A stretch of 59,205 nt of DNA, counting the filler, from Jimgerdemannia flammicorona (lineage: Eukaryota): the NCBI GenBank assembly GCA_003990765.1. It is 2 parts of 2 records of this genome, joined end to end, with 100 filler letters (N's around TTAATTAATTAA, not from the genome) between each part and the next. Parts side by side here need not be neighbours in the genome. Positions count along the whole stretch, not along the records: positions 29,654 to 59,205 come from RBNJ01000489.1; 1 more part is not named here. One strand, 5' to 3'. The translations under genes were made by a program, and so were the position numbers. Under the pieces are notes generated by a model. That model was given only the letters and a program-made list of their open reading frames with translations. It did not search any database and had not been told where the DNA came from. Positions 36,527-48,829 of this stretch are shown piece by piece. The first letter of the stretch is position 1; each line of letters opens with the position of its first letter.

Positions 36527-37693
36527 CCAGATAATACTTCTTTCTCTACTATCTTACTAGTTACAATAATTTGGTAGACAACCTTCTAAGTCTACTTTCT
36601 ATAATTAATACCTTCTCTACCTCAGATTGGTTTGCTGTACCTATTGCAGGATAGTGAGAGAGAGGCAATAGTAATGAGTTGCTCTTTTATCAGTATTCAA
36701 TCAGTATCTTCTCTACTTTTTCACAGTTTCTGATATCTTCAGCTATATCTGGAGTATACCCGTTTTGGTGCAGTATCTTCTTCCTTTTGTCATCACCAAT
36801 AAGGTATTATCTTAGTGCATTATAGATTATATAGGAAGTCAGCCAATCTTGGGCATCAAGTGCCCAGTATAGATTATCTACAGGTCCTCAGTACCTGTGG
36901 TGGAGCTCTCTGACTTTGGCAAGCTTTTCAATGAGTACAGTTCTAGTGTAGGTAATTGTTTTTTTCAGATATTATTGGGATGAGGGGAGATGACCATTAC
37001 AAATAGGAGGAAGAGTGATAATGATGAACCAGTAGAGTGCTAGGCTGGGGGCAGTCATTAGGGCTGGGGCAGGTACTGCTTTGGTGGGGCCTTTTGATTG
37101 GTACAGAGTGGTTAAGTAGTAGGTGTCACTCTTGGCTTCTTTTGGTGATATATGGAGTTAGATCCTGGTTGTTGGGAGGGGTCGGAGGACCCAAGGCTAC
37201 CTATTTCAGATGTCTTGACTATACTCAACTGGAACTGAAAGCTGATATAGTAATGTGATCAAGGTTTGCAAGCTTGAGTAGTGAGATATTGGGGGTCTCC
37301 TCCTGCCTCATATATAAGTTCTTTACTTACCTCATCTGGGAGAACTAGGCCCTATCTACCATGATGTACTTTGATGAGAATTTTTTCTTTATCTGTTATT
37401 CTCTTTGAGATAGCAGAGACTATTCTATTTGGCTCAGACATAGCCTTATATATATATTGGGGTTTCAGGCATGTGCTTTTGGTTGTTAGCATATGACTGA
37501 GTTCTCTCTAGTAGTAGAGAGAATATGGTATACAGAATGAGATATGGGCCACTATAGACCCTACTGTGTCTGGCATGGTCAAGCTACTGGATAATAGCTA
37601 GCCTAAGTTAATAGGGGGGCAGTGCTTGATAGATAGTAGGAGAGGGTTTTGACCTGGATTTTCTTTTAATAAAAATCTGCAAGACTCTGAGTC

Positions 37694-37726
<33 letters not shown>
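36527..37726 (+). mobile_element. ~1.2-kb poly-A-tailed non-autonomous retroelement, copy 1
   Basis: Colinear with 58025-59205; AATAAA + poly-A; degenerate TSD ACAAGCATACTGA / ACAAATATGCTGA. Confidence 0.8.
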
Positions 37727-37727
<1 letters not shown>

Positions 37728-40700
37728 AAATATGCTGATAAGTGTACTAAGTTGGATAGACCTAGGACCTTTGACTGATAATATATTGGTTAAGAGTATA
37801 ATATGAAGATGCAGTTTCTCAATAGTAAAAGTAGACTGAGAGAGCAGAGTAGAAGTTAGCTACCAGGTAGGAGTGGAGGAGAGTAGAGACTGATGAGCTT
37901 TACTGATAAGATGAAGACAGGAGAGTGGTCTGAAGATACTCAGGGCAGCAAAGCTAGAGTGAGAGAAATAGTAAATACTGAGAGAGCTGGCAGATCATTA
38001 GCTGATAGAGCTGATATAGAGACTAGTGAAACTATAGCTAGAAGTAGAGATAGGACTACTGATAGTAGTAGGACTGAGAATTTGAAAAAAAAATCCAGAT
38101 GTGATTACTGATGATAGTGGAACTGAGAATCTGAAAAAAAAATTCAAATGTAACTGCTAATAGTAGAGCTAAGTGGATAGAATACTGAGGGAAGGGAAAT
38201 CTGATAGATGATATTGTAATAAATAGAAGAAGTAATTTATTCATAATACAAATTATATACTTTTAGATACTATAAATGATAATATATAAATGATGTAAAA
38301 CAAATTAGTATAAAGTTATGTGAATATATATTGACTTATAATTTCAACAGATAGTATAGTGAGCCTGATAATGGCCCCATTACTCAAGAAGTCAATCTTA
38401 GAATTTGCTATCACATTGTACTTCTAAGAGCTAGTAGTAATAGCAAAGTTGGTTCTGGGGCTGGTCTCAAAGCAGAAGATAGAGGCAGTCTCAGTGAAGT
38501 TCTTATAGGGGCTAGAGGGGGTTTAAGATGGGCTTTGAGAAGACAGAGCTATTAGAGGAGGCCTTGAGAACTAGACTGATACTTGAAGAGGTAGTAGTAC
38601 TAATAGTATACTGTTTGAGATAAGACCCTAGGGTAGTTCAGCTCCTGATAAAAGAGGTATCTACAGTGAGAGCAGTTAAGATAAAGAAGAGAGCAGAGGA
38701 GATAATGACTGAATATAGCAATATAGTAGATATTGAATTCTGGGTCTTAGAGGGGATAAAGTTCAAGACTAGAGATGTGGATATCTGGCTCAGACTTACT
38801 GAGAGAGAGACTACTGGGAAGGCTCATAACTAGCCTTCAGTAATGATGTGAGATATGTATATTCATTTGTAAGATAATAAGAGTAAAGAAGAGTGAGGAG
38901 GAGGAGAAGGATCTGTTGGAGGCTCTGGAGGAGCTCAGTAAGATAGTGGAGTATAGAGCAATAGTATGGTGAGCTTATGAGATATCAATGTATTTAGAGA
39001 TAGTGATTTGGAAGAGGATGTAGATAGACAAGATATTGTAGGAGAAGGCTCAGAGGAGAAAGAGACAGAAGGACCTATTGATAAGCTTGAAGAAGAAGTA
39101 TGAGACTGGAGACTAAAGAGGGCTTGAGAGAGATGAAGATAAAAGCTTGGGCTAAGGATGGCATTAGAGAGTTATCAGGGAGTGTGGCAGAGAGTCAGGA
39201 GGCTAGAGACCAGTAGCTCTATATAATAGTATACTTGAGATCTGAGAGAAGAAGAAGCTAGAGATAAGAGCTAGTGCTTAGGTCTAGGAGAGTGTAGAGA
39301 ATGTAGAGATAAGGAGCATATACAAAGTTTGGTTTAGAGTGTCTGATGTAATAAAAGGAAAGCAAGTGGTTGGGGTTGTAGAGAATATACTACAGAATAT
39401 TCCTGAGGAGAAGTGGGATAAGTTAGTAAGTACAGATGCTGATATAGTAATACAGGATTGGAGAGTAGTCTGTAACTTCTAGTGAGAAGTATATTAGTGA
39501 CTTGTAGTGGATGATTAAGATGATGGATGGATTGGCTGCTGAGGAGCTGGAGGAGGTTGACTTGAGGGTAGTTAGTGAGGATTAATAGGCATAAGTACTG
39601 AGAGGTGATGGTCTAGTAAAGAAACTGAAGGCTGAAGTGCTGGCTGTCTTTCTGGTTATGAGGTTGATGAGGCAAAAGAGGCTGAATTGGCAGCAATAGT
39701 AGGAGAGCAGACTGCATTCTGATTTAAACAATAGCATGACTTATAAATCTGATAGATGACTTATAATGAATACAGAGAGAAGATAAAGATCAAGAATGAT
39801 GAGACAATTAATGAGATTCTGACTGGTTTGAATATAAGAGAGCCTGAGGTAGAGGAGGCTATAGCAGAATATAAACTAAACTTAGCTTAAGAGAAGATAA
39901 GTGTGGAACTGTAAAGGATTTGGATCTATCTTAACATTATTCCTTATAATAGTATAATATTTTCTTAGTAAATATGAATGGGTTGAGAGACTCTGTGAGA
40001 TGAAGAAATATTTTTACTTAGCTAAAAGGATTAGAGGCTGATGTTTTCCTATTATAGGATATATACTGGAAAGAGAACTTAGATGGGTAGGAGTAGATAA
40101 GAGAATGTAGTTTGGAGGAGTAAGGTTGAAATTCTAATATAATATATATAGCAAGGGCAAATTTTATAAGGTTGGGAGCTGGAGTAGCTGATTGGTCTAG
40201 AGGGAGTAGTGTAGAAGTCTATAATAGTCAGCTCTTACTATTATCTAGTAGTTAGAGGTAACTGTATTGAGTAGATAGATAGTCTTCTTTATAGTATCAT
40301 ACTTACTGAGGCTGGAGTTAATATACTCAGAAGTGACTTTAACATAGTCTGTAATATAATGCTAGATAGAACAAATCAGAGGAAGAGTGCTAGAAGATAT
40401 AGTAGCAGTCTGGATAACTGAGAGGAGATAGAGAGACACAGCTCTTTAGTAATTGCTGGCAGGGCAATGTAGGGTGATCAGAGGATCTATACTCATTAGG
40501 TGAATAGACTTAAGACATAGATTTACTAGATGCTGACAGCCGACTGCTGGGAGTTAAATGTTTGGATATATCTAGAGATTGAGTAGTGCCCATAGTCAGA
40601 TTATTAGAGGTTATTGGGGCATAGCTGGTTTGATGAGAGTGGGGATAGACCTGGATATTAGTATTGTAATAGTGATCTCAGAATGATGATATCAGCACAA

Positions 40701-41749
40701 GAGACAGCCTTTCCTTATAAGTTATCAGATCAGAGCACAAGAAGATTATATGGTATAACTCACTCAGGCTATAAGATGAGTAATGATGACTAACTGTGAG
40801 TCATTGGAACTATAATATAAACCTCTTGAGGAATATAAAGAAGGATTAAGAAACTACAGTAGCAGCAACTCAACAAGATCCACTAATCCTGAAATAGCTC
40901 AAAGACTTATTATAAACAAAATGTCTGCTGCTTACCAAACCTCAAGGTCAAGGAACCACCAAGACCCCTCAGTCTAGAAAAGGATGTTCTAAGACATCAG
41001 AAGAGCTATAGGGACTCATACCACAAGGACTCCTAGTGTCAACCTGGGTACTAGTGATTCTTATCATTATATTCTCTACTACTATGAGATGGAAACAAGA
41101 ATTACCATTACTACTAAATGCCTCCAGATATGGTAAGAATATGAAATAGGAAACCTCCTCTGCTAGGAATTCCCTCAAGCCAGCTCTCAAGAGCTACAAG
41201 ATGTCACTTTTATAGATCTATGTAAAATAAGGACAACTAAGAAGATTCATCAGATCTTTAGGTATACACTATGATTGATCCCCAACTTAGAGTATACTAG
41301 AGTCTTAGACTTCAGAGATCTGTCAGCCTGCTATATCAATATACTAGAAGCCATGGTAGCTACAGAAGTTCAGTCTACTATTACCCTCAATAGTGATAAG
41401 ATAGAAGAGTTCTGATATCCTATTCTCCAGGACAACTTAGATCAATTCCTATAAGGATTGATCTCAGTATTCCAAGGCCCAAGCATCCAGATTAGATCTC
41501 TCTAAGACCTCACATTTGTTTCTTATTTTGTAGAAGAGAACCTTATAGACTGGAGAGCCCTGGATCTCCTTATCACTGCTGAATATGATGACATCATCAG
41601 TGATGACATCATCCTATATGATATATGCAAAACATACAACTTATGTAATGAGATGGATAAAATGTTTGCAAATCTCATCTCCTTCAGTGATGATGAGGAT
41701 GAAGCCCCCATAGTCCTAAATATCCTGCTTTAAAGTTCTGAGTGATATC

Positions 41750-43750
41750 AAATTCTACTAGCATTCTTTTTCCATGTAATAGTTAATTCTTCTACTAATA
41801 TTCTGATCTTGTATGACTTAGAATTCTTCTAGCATCCTTTTTCTGTACTACTAAAATTCTACCAGTACCCTGAACTTGTACAACTATCTATACCAATACT
41901 GAAATCTATACTGACAACTGTAGTTTTCTGTATTCTAGTATTTTATTTAGTTATTGGAATTTATATTTAGCTTTATATCTTAGTAACTATTAAATTATAT
42001 TTTGTATAAATACTCCTCTTATTTTCTTTGAAATAAAGTCAGTTCCTCTTAGTATAATAAATACAATTCCTTGCAAGCAATCTAAAAAGATAATAAGACA
42101 GTTTAAAGATAAGAAGTTTGAGAACTATAAGATCTTGAAAAGGTACTCCAATAAGAACTTGCTTATAACAAACTTGAGTTAGTCTAAGAGATACACCTTG
42201 AAGAGAATCTGACATATTTGAAGGACTCAGTGACCACTACATGACAGTATCTCAATATCTGCTGAAGGAGGCTATCAGAATATATTGGAGGAAGACTGAC
42301 AGATATACTAGAGTATAGTAGTAGAGAAGAGTGAGGTAGGCTTTTAATTAGTTGGTATAGTTATAGTTGAACTGGGCTAAACTATTAGATCAGGAGACAG
42401 TAGAAGACTAGAGACTAGAATAGACCTAATTGGAGGTAGCAGAGTTGAAGAGAGTATTGAGAAAAGAGAAGGAAATTTATATATAGAGAATAGTGGCTCA
42501 GTTGAGATAATAAGGACTTGAAGAGGGCAAACAGTCTTCTAGATATTTGTCATAGCTTTTTTAGATGAGAAGGGTGAGACAATGGTAAGATAGTATACTT
42601 GATATAAAGGGCATACTGATATATAGAATATAGCAGATCTTGAGCTCTCTGAAAGAGAAGATGAGATGGTCTATAAAGTGATGAAGAAGGAAGTACAGAT
42701 AAGGAGGCTATAGAGCACTCTAGAAAGATATCCTTCTCTGATAGATAAACTTAGAGATCTGATTCTGTTAGTCCAGAAGGAGAAAATTCTGCAAGTCTTA
42801 ATAGTCACAAAAGTGAACATGGCTCTAGGCAAGGATGGACTGCCTTGGGACTTTTAGAAGTAAATGGTAAAGATCCCTGAGGTGCTGGGAGAGATAGCAG
42901 CTCTCTGTGACTTTGTCATTACAGTAAGAGAGTAGGTTGGAGGGCAGAATCTTGAGCTGATAGTACTGCTATATAAAGATAAGAGCAGGAGAGAGAATTG
43001 GAAGAATTGGTGACCAATTATGCTTCTGGATATAGATGGAAAGCTGGTCACAAAAGTGATTATTGTATAACTATAGAGAGTGGTCCAATAGATATTGAGT
43101 AAAGAGTAATGAGACTTTATTAGAAACTGGCTAATTAGAAATAATACTACTTGAGTATATAGTGTGATTGAGAGAGTGAGAACTTATGGACTAAATGGCC
43201 AGCTGGTCTTCCTAGACCAGGAGAAGGCCTATAATCATATTTGACAGATCTGGCTAGAGAAAGTATTAAATAGGATTAGTGTCTCTCAGTAATTCTGGGT
43301 CTCAATAATTAGCTTGTTAGAGAATAGCAGGGTGATACTAATGTACAATAGCTATCATGGAGCTGTATTTCTATTGGGGAGAGAAGTTCCACAGAGAGAC
43401 CCATTGTCCTCTATTCTATATGCTCTGTTGCTAGAACTATTGATGAATAGAATTTACTGCAAAGTGATTAGACTTATAGTTTTTGGTATAGTCTGGAAGG
43501 TTGGGGTCTTTGTAGATAATATGGTAATTGGTCTTAGCTTAGTTGCTGATGTGGAGATACTGAAGAAGACAGTGGAATGATATGAGAGATACTCTGGGGT
43601 GAGGCTCAACTGATATAAGTGTGAGAAACTAGTACTGAGAAATGGTTTGATGTATGAGGATATTATTGGAACAATTGTCCCCATAGGGGAGATCATGTAG
43701 TATCTGGGCATTTTCCTTTCAGTGTATAGCTCTGTCTTACCTAAGGCTTG
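41750..43750 (+). mobile_element. Decayed L1-clade LINE ORF2 (endonuclease end and RT). GA-rich degenerate DNA from ~38400 may be ORF1 or other TE sequence
   Basis: LSDH (~42230), ALGKDGLPWDF, NW*PIMLLDIDGK, FLDQEKAYNHI, EVPQRDPLSSILY, FVDN (YADD position), YSGVRLN and YLGI. Confidence 0.85.
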
Positions 43751-43899
43751 GTGGGAGTGGAAGGTTGTTGTTTGGGGGAAGGCCCTTCAGAGTTGGGGGG
43801 GGGGTATCATATTTCTCTAGTGGGGTGGGTGTCAATACTTAATGTCTACTGGCTGTCCTACCCAAAGACAGAAAGTGAGTGCGAGTGCATATTGCATTT

Positions 43900-44700
43900 T
43901 TCAGGTTGTCTACTTTTCGGCCAGATATCACATTGTATTTATTGATATCAACCATTTCAAAATAGTAACGAATACGAAAAATAACTATACGCCAGCTTTC
44001 AACATACCCACTACTGTTTCCCTTGCAGGTAAAGTGATTTCGATTCACAGGAAAGTTTCTTCAAGCAAATTAACGTCATTCTGAGCAGCTCCATGAAACC
44101 GGGCTATGTCAGAAATGCGTCACGTTGGCGGTTATTTATTTTAATGAAGCTTCTGGGGAACTTGGTCTGTTACAAAAATGGATGGCGAAAGTTGAGCCAC
44201 TTTGTCGTTTTTTTTTTTTTTTTTTTTTTTTTGGTTGGTATATATTGTGCCTCAGCCGACTTGCCAAAAGCGGCCTAGCGATAGTAATATATACGTATTA
44301 TCCAAGCTTCCGTTTCGGGAGCAGTCAGTTATCGTGTAATCGCACGATCACGAAGAGCCTTTCAAGTAAGTTCAAAATAGAGAGCATTCGTGACACATCG
44401 ACGCTTGAGGTGTATAAGTTACCTGCCGAAGTTCGAATGCTTCTGGAGTTGCTTGTCGACATCCTTTTTTCTGTCTGGGATCTACGACAGAGCTGAATCG
44501 TTCCGTGGAACACCAAGATACATAATTAATTTTCATTATAGTTCTCCTTATCCCTTCATAAAATACATATTGTGAAAGACAATTCTGGTTTTACATATTA
44601 TTGGCATATGATTATTTCAATTCGAGCATTATAGAGGCATAAAGATTCATTGTGCACCTTTCAAATCATTATCAACGACTTGAATATAGGAAATATCAAA
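43900..44700. repeat. Cassette segment C copy 1 (decayed, probably coding; homologous to ~46690-47270 and ~53000-53790)
   Basis: Shared blocks ccagctttcaacatrcccactactgttt and ttctggagttgcttgtc...gggatct; the + frame YK(L/I)PA..LELLV is conserved in two copies and decayed in the third. Confidence 0.6.
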
Positions 44701-44751
44701 TTGGTCTTAGCATAAAGCGAATTGTTCATGATGCCATTTGTATACAGTAAC

Positions 44752-45315
44752 TCAAATTGGCTGTCCCACATACAAAATTTCTATATATTCGAAGTCACAG
44801 AATTGGAGCTGAAAGCGAATCAAGCGCATGTCGGTGTCTTTCGAAGGCCAGTACACCGAGGGATTCGTCTTTGCATCGATGTGGTCCACACTAAGCCGGC
44901 CCCTATTAACTTTTGTTACCAGCTCCAACTTGAATATTTCTAACTCTTCTTCGACTTGAAAGTGTTCCTCGACAAAATCAAAGAAATCTGCCCAGTTCAG
45001 GCGGTCGCAGGCGCTGCGCTCCACGGATTTGAGTTTTTTCAACATCTCCTTTCGATTCCTACTGTCAGCAGGATCCTTTGCCGTGGCCGCCACCAGCCTC
45101 TCCGGCTCCGAGTTCGAGAATCGTAAGTCAAGCACCACGAAACTGCCCCAGCGCTTTTTGTTCTTTACGAGAACCTGATCGTGGATCGTCTGGATGAAAT
45201 GCACTATGTGCACACCGTACACCTCCATCATAGGGCTAAGGGGGGATATCTTTTCTTCAGGAGGTGCGCGAGACGGACGTTTTGAGGCACGACGACGAGA
45301 ATATGCGTTTCCCAT
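44752..45315 (-). CDS. Family A copy 3, 187 aa, intact (C-terminus extended by a 4-nt duplication at the ancestral stop)
   Basis: MGNAYSRRRASKRPSR start and an uninterrupted ORF. Confidence 0.75.
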   Translation of the reverse strand: MGNAYSRRRASKRPSRAPPEEKISPLSPMMEVYGVHIVHFIQTIHDQVLVKNKKRWGSFVVLDLRFSNSEPERLVAATAKDPADSRNRKEMLKKLKSVERSACDRLNWADFFDFVEEHFQVEEELEIFKLELVTKVNRGRLSVDHIDAKTNPSVYWPSKDTDMRLIRFQLQFCDFEYIEILYVGQPI

Positions 45316-47425
45316 GTTTGATTGGCTGAAAGGACAGCAATGCGTTGAGTTGAGGTGTCCCAGACCAGACTGAAAGGGTTTATATAATACAATAGTTGGA
45401 CATTTGGACTGTGAACCCGATCATGTTAACGTGATCACGTGATGCTGTGACTTTACAACCCCTTGTTATCTGGCCAGACTTTACCGAACCGATACATGCT
45501 CAACGGCACATTTATCCGCCAGGAGATTGGATTATATATATATATATTGTATTCGGGACGCAAATTATCTCATTATGGCCCGCAATAGTATATTTAATAA
45601 ATAGCACTTTGCCAGAATCCACAAGTTGTGTCTAGTCTATTTACGTCATCGTTCAACGCAGAATTACGGTAGATGATGGACCTGGTGTCCTAGGTAACCC
45701 TTTTATCTCACCCTCAGGGGGTTAGCAATGCAGTTGAGCATGTATATATATATATAACTTGCTAATTCCTGCCGAGCGACCGAAATCAGGGGAGACGAGC
45801 TTACGACCCAAAAAAATTTGAAAGGCGGAACAGACGCATTGGTTACACAAAAGATACGCCTATTCTCCTAACCGTATTGTCGCAGTTGCATACAACGCCT
45901 TTCTCTACACTTCCAAAACGATATAAACACGGATTCCCGATTTAAAGTTCTGAAATTTTGAGATTTTACCGCTTGGCGGCCAATCGTCATAGGATGTTTT
46001 TCTCAGATTGGGCTCTTCAGAGCTTCGTGGCTTCGTGGCTTCGTGGATACTTCCCATGTAGAGAACCAATGTGAAACAACCGCTTGTAAGTGATGCTGTT
46101 TTAATTTAGGGAAATTCCACGTGGTGCCCTTTTCGACGCGTAAATTTGAGGTGCCTTGTCGTGAGTTAATCTCGCTGGATCATTCTAATAAGTCCCGATA
46201 TATGCCGAAGCTTTGCTTATATAATTTAGTACGCCCACATTTTCCGTAATTATTTTCAGCTTTTCGGTTGCATGGCATGTTACTGTGTTCGATCATGCTG
46301 TTTGGAACACAGATCATCGATCTAAGCAACTCTTGAAACAACGAACCAACGTCACGGCTCAATTACTTGACGCGGTCATTGCCGAAACAATCATAGATCT
46401 CGGAGAGAGCGCGTTGTGGTTGTGGTGTAGCGCGTTGTGTAGCGCGTTCTGGTGTAGCGCGTTGTGGGCTATCATCACGTTCGTGACAAATGTCCCTTGG
46501 TTTGTGATCTCTGTATGCCACGTGGCTTTTGTCATCATTCCACCCCCTTTCGTAATTATTTCCCATGCTTCGGTGCAGACGGGGCGCCGATTGATATTAC
46601 TGGCTGGTCTGATAATACCATCTCATGATCGTCAAGTTTGTCACCACGAAAAGTGTGCTCGTGTATAGCTTGATAAGGACGGCCTTGACCATAAGGCCTG
46701 CTGTTTCGGCAGCCACAAAAGATTATTTGCCAGATGATTTATTGATATCTATAATAATAATAATCTATGCGCCAGCTTTCAACATGCCCACTACTGTTTT
46801 CCTTGCATTAGTTCACAGCAAAGCTTTGGAAGTAAACTAATATCATTCTGAACAGCCCATGGTCAATCGAGCTATATCAAAAATGGTTATGAGTAAATTC
46901 CAAGTAATTATGTAGAAAGTTTCAAAATGTAGTGCATTCTCTACACATCGATACTGCATGAGATTGTATAAGATACCTGCCATGTTTCAAGTATTTCTGG
47001 AGTTGCTTGTCAACATGTCCTTATTTCTGTCGGGGATCTACAACAGAGTGAATCATTCCGCGGGACACCAAGATACATAATCAATTTTCATTTCAAAGTT
47101 TTATAGTTCTCCTTACCCCTTTATAAAATATATATTGTGAAAGACGATTCTGGTTTTACATATTATTGGCATATGGTAATTTAAATGCGAGCAACATAGA
47201 ATCATAAAGATTCATTGTGCACCTTTTAACTCATAGTCAACGACCCTGCGCTTCTTGCATATAGGGAATATCAGTAGACTTGAGGGGAAGGTATAAGCGC
47301 GGGGTCGTCGCATAATACAAATACAAGCATAGGAATATTAGAATAATGCGAATTGTTCATGATGCCGTTTGTAAATAACTCAAATTGGCTGAGGTATGCA
47401 TGCATGCGCCCCACATACAAAATTT

Positions 47426-47945
47426 CTATTCGAAGTCGCAGAATTGGAGCTGAAAGTGAATCAAGCGCATGTCGGGGTCCTTTGAAGGCCAGTACACCGA
47501 GGGATTCGCCTTTGCATCGATGTGATCAACATTGAGCCGGCCCCTATTAACTTTTCCAACTTGAATATTTCCAACTCTTCTTCGACTTGAAAGTGTTCCT
47601 CGACAAAATCAAAGAAAACTGTCCAGTTCAGGCGGTCGCAGGCGCTGCGCTCCACGGATTTGAGTTTTTTCAACATCTCCTTTCGATTCTTCCTGTCCGC
47701 GAGACCCTTTGCCGTGGCCGCCACCAGCCTCTCCGGCTCCGAAGTTCGAGAATCGTAAGTCAAGCACCACTAAACTGCCCCAGCGCTTTTTGTTCTTCGA
47801 GAACCTGATCGTGGATCGTCTGGATGAAGTGCACTATATGCACACCATACACCTCCATCATAGGGCTAAGGGGGGATATCTTTTCTTCAGGAGGTGCACG
47901 AGATGGACGTTTTGAGGCACGACGGCGAGAACATGCGTTGCCCAT
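47426..47945 (-). pseudogene. Family A copy 4, frameshifted close paralog of copy 3
   Basis: MGNACSRRRASKR start; indels near 47797, 47741 and 47553 break the frame. Confidence 0.85.
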
Positions 47946-48036
47946 GTTGGATTGGCTGAAAGGACAGTAATGCGTTGGGTTGAGGTGTAAAAAGATTGGA
48001 TTCAAGTTGTTTCAAACCAGACTGAAAGGGTTTATA

Positions 48037-48106
48037 TGAGGCAAGTTTATTAAAAAGTACCTTATGGCCTATCTGGATTAGTACCTTTTTGAAAAATTTC
48101 ATCTCA
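48037..48106. mobile_element. 70-bp micro-MITE inserted in the TATA-like element of family A copy 4; second copy at 48351-48428
   Basis: The empty site in copy 1 is tttatatagttggacattt; here it is tttaTA|TGAGG...TCTCA|TAtagttggacattt (TA TSD). Confidence 0.7.
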
Positions 48107-48829
48107 TATAGTTGGACATTTTAGACTGTGTGATGCTCCATAGATTCAGAACTACGAGGTCAAGACATTGGAGAACAGTATTAGGGTAACCACCTTATAT
48201 CTTGGTCACGTTAACTATGTTAACTAGGGAGTAACGTGATCACGTAATGCATCCGCGTAATCTTGCCGATAGGCGATCTTGCCGATAAGCAAAGTGCCGA
48301 TAGGCGAAGTTGTTCACGTGGTCCTGCGATCTTGCCGATAAGAGAGCAAATGAGGCGACGCGTTTATTAAAACGTACCTTATGGCCTATGGATTGGTACC
48401 TTTTTTTTTTTTGAAAAAATTCATCTCAAATATGCGAAGTTGTTCACGTGGTTTTGCCTTCTAGTGTAACAATAGACTCCGGATGACTCTCCCGATGCTA
48501 CCAGACCGAATCCCCTTCTTCCCCAACAATAAAGAATAACTATATGAATATTTGCATGTATATACTACTCCGCATTCCTATCGGGTTCAAAGGACAAGAT
48601 ACTAATTGGTTTAAGGAAACTTTATACATATATACAAGGATCCACCGGCACTGCACCGCGAGGACCTGGGGTACGGTCTTCATGACTACTTGACCACCGT
48701 ATCGAGTTTCAATGTCGAACCGAAAGTGGAAATCTTTGGCCACCCCCCAATTCAGATTTAGTGGGTGTTCAATGAATGAGGCTGCGATTCGAAATCTATT
48801 TTCAACGTGGAATTCATAGTAAACCTCCC

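Noticed and set aside
37730..41730. Degenerate GA-rich and coding-like DNA as L1 ORF1 or another element
   Set aside because: Clearly CpG-depleted repeat DNA, but no diagnostic motif or boundary could be read.
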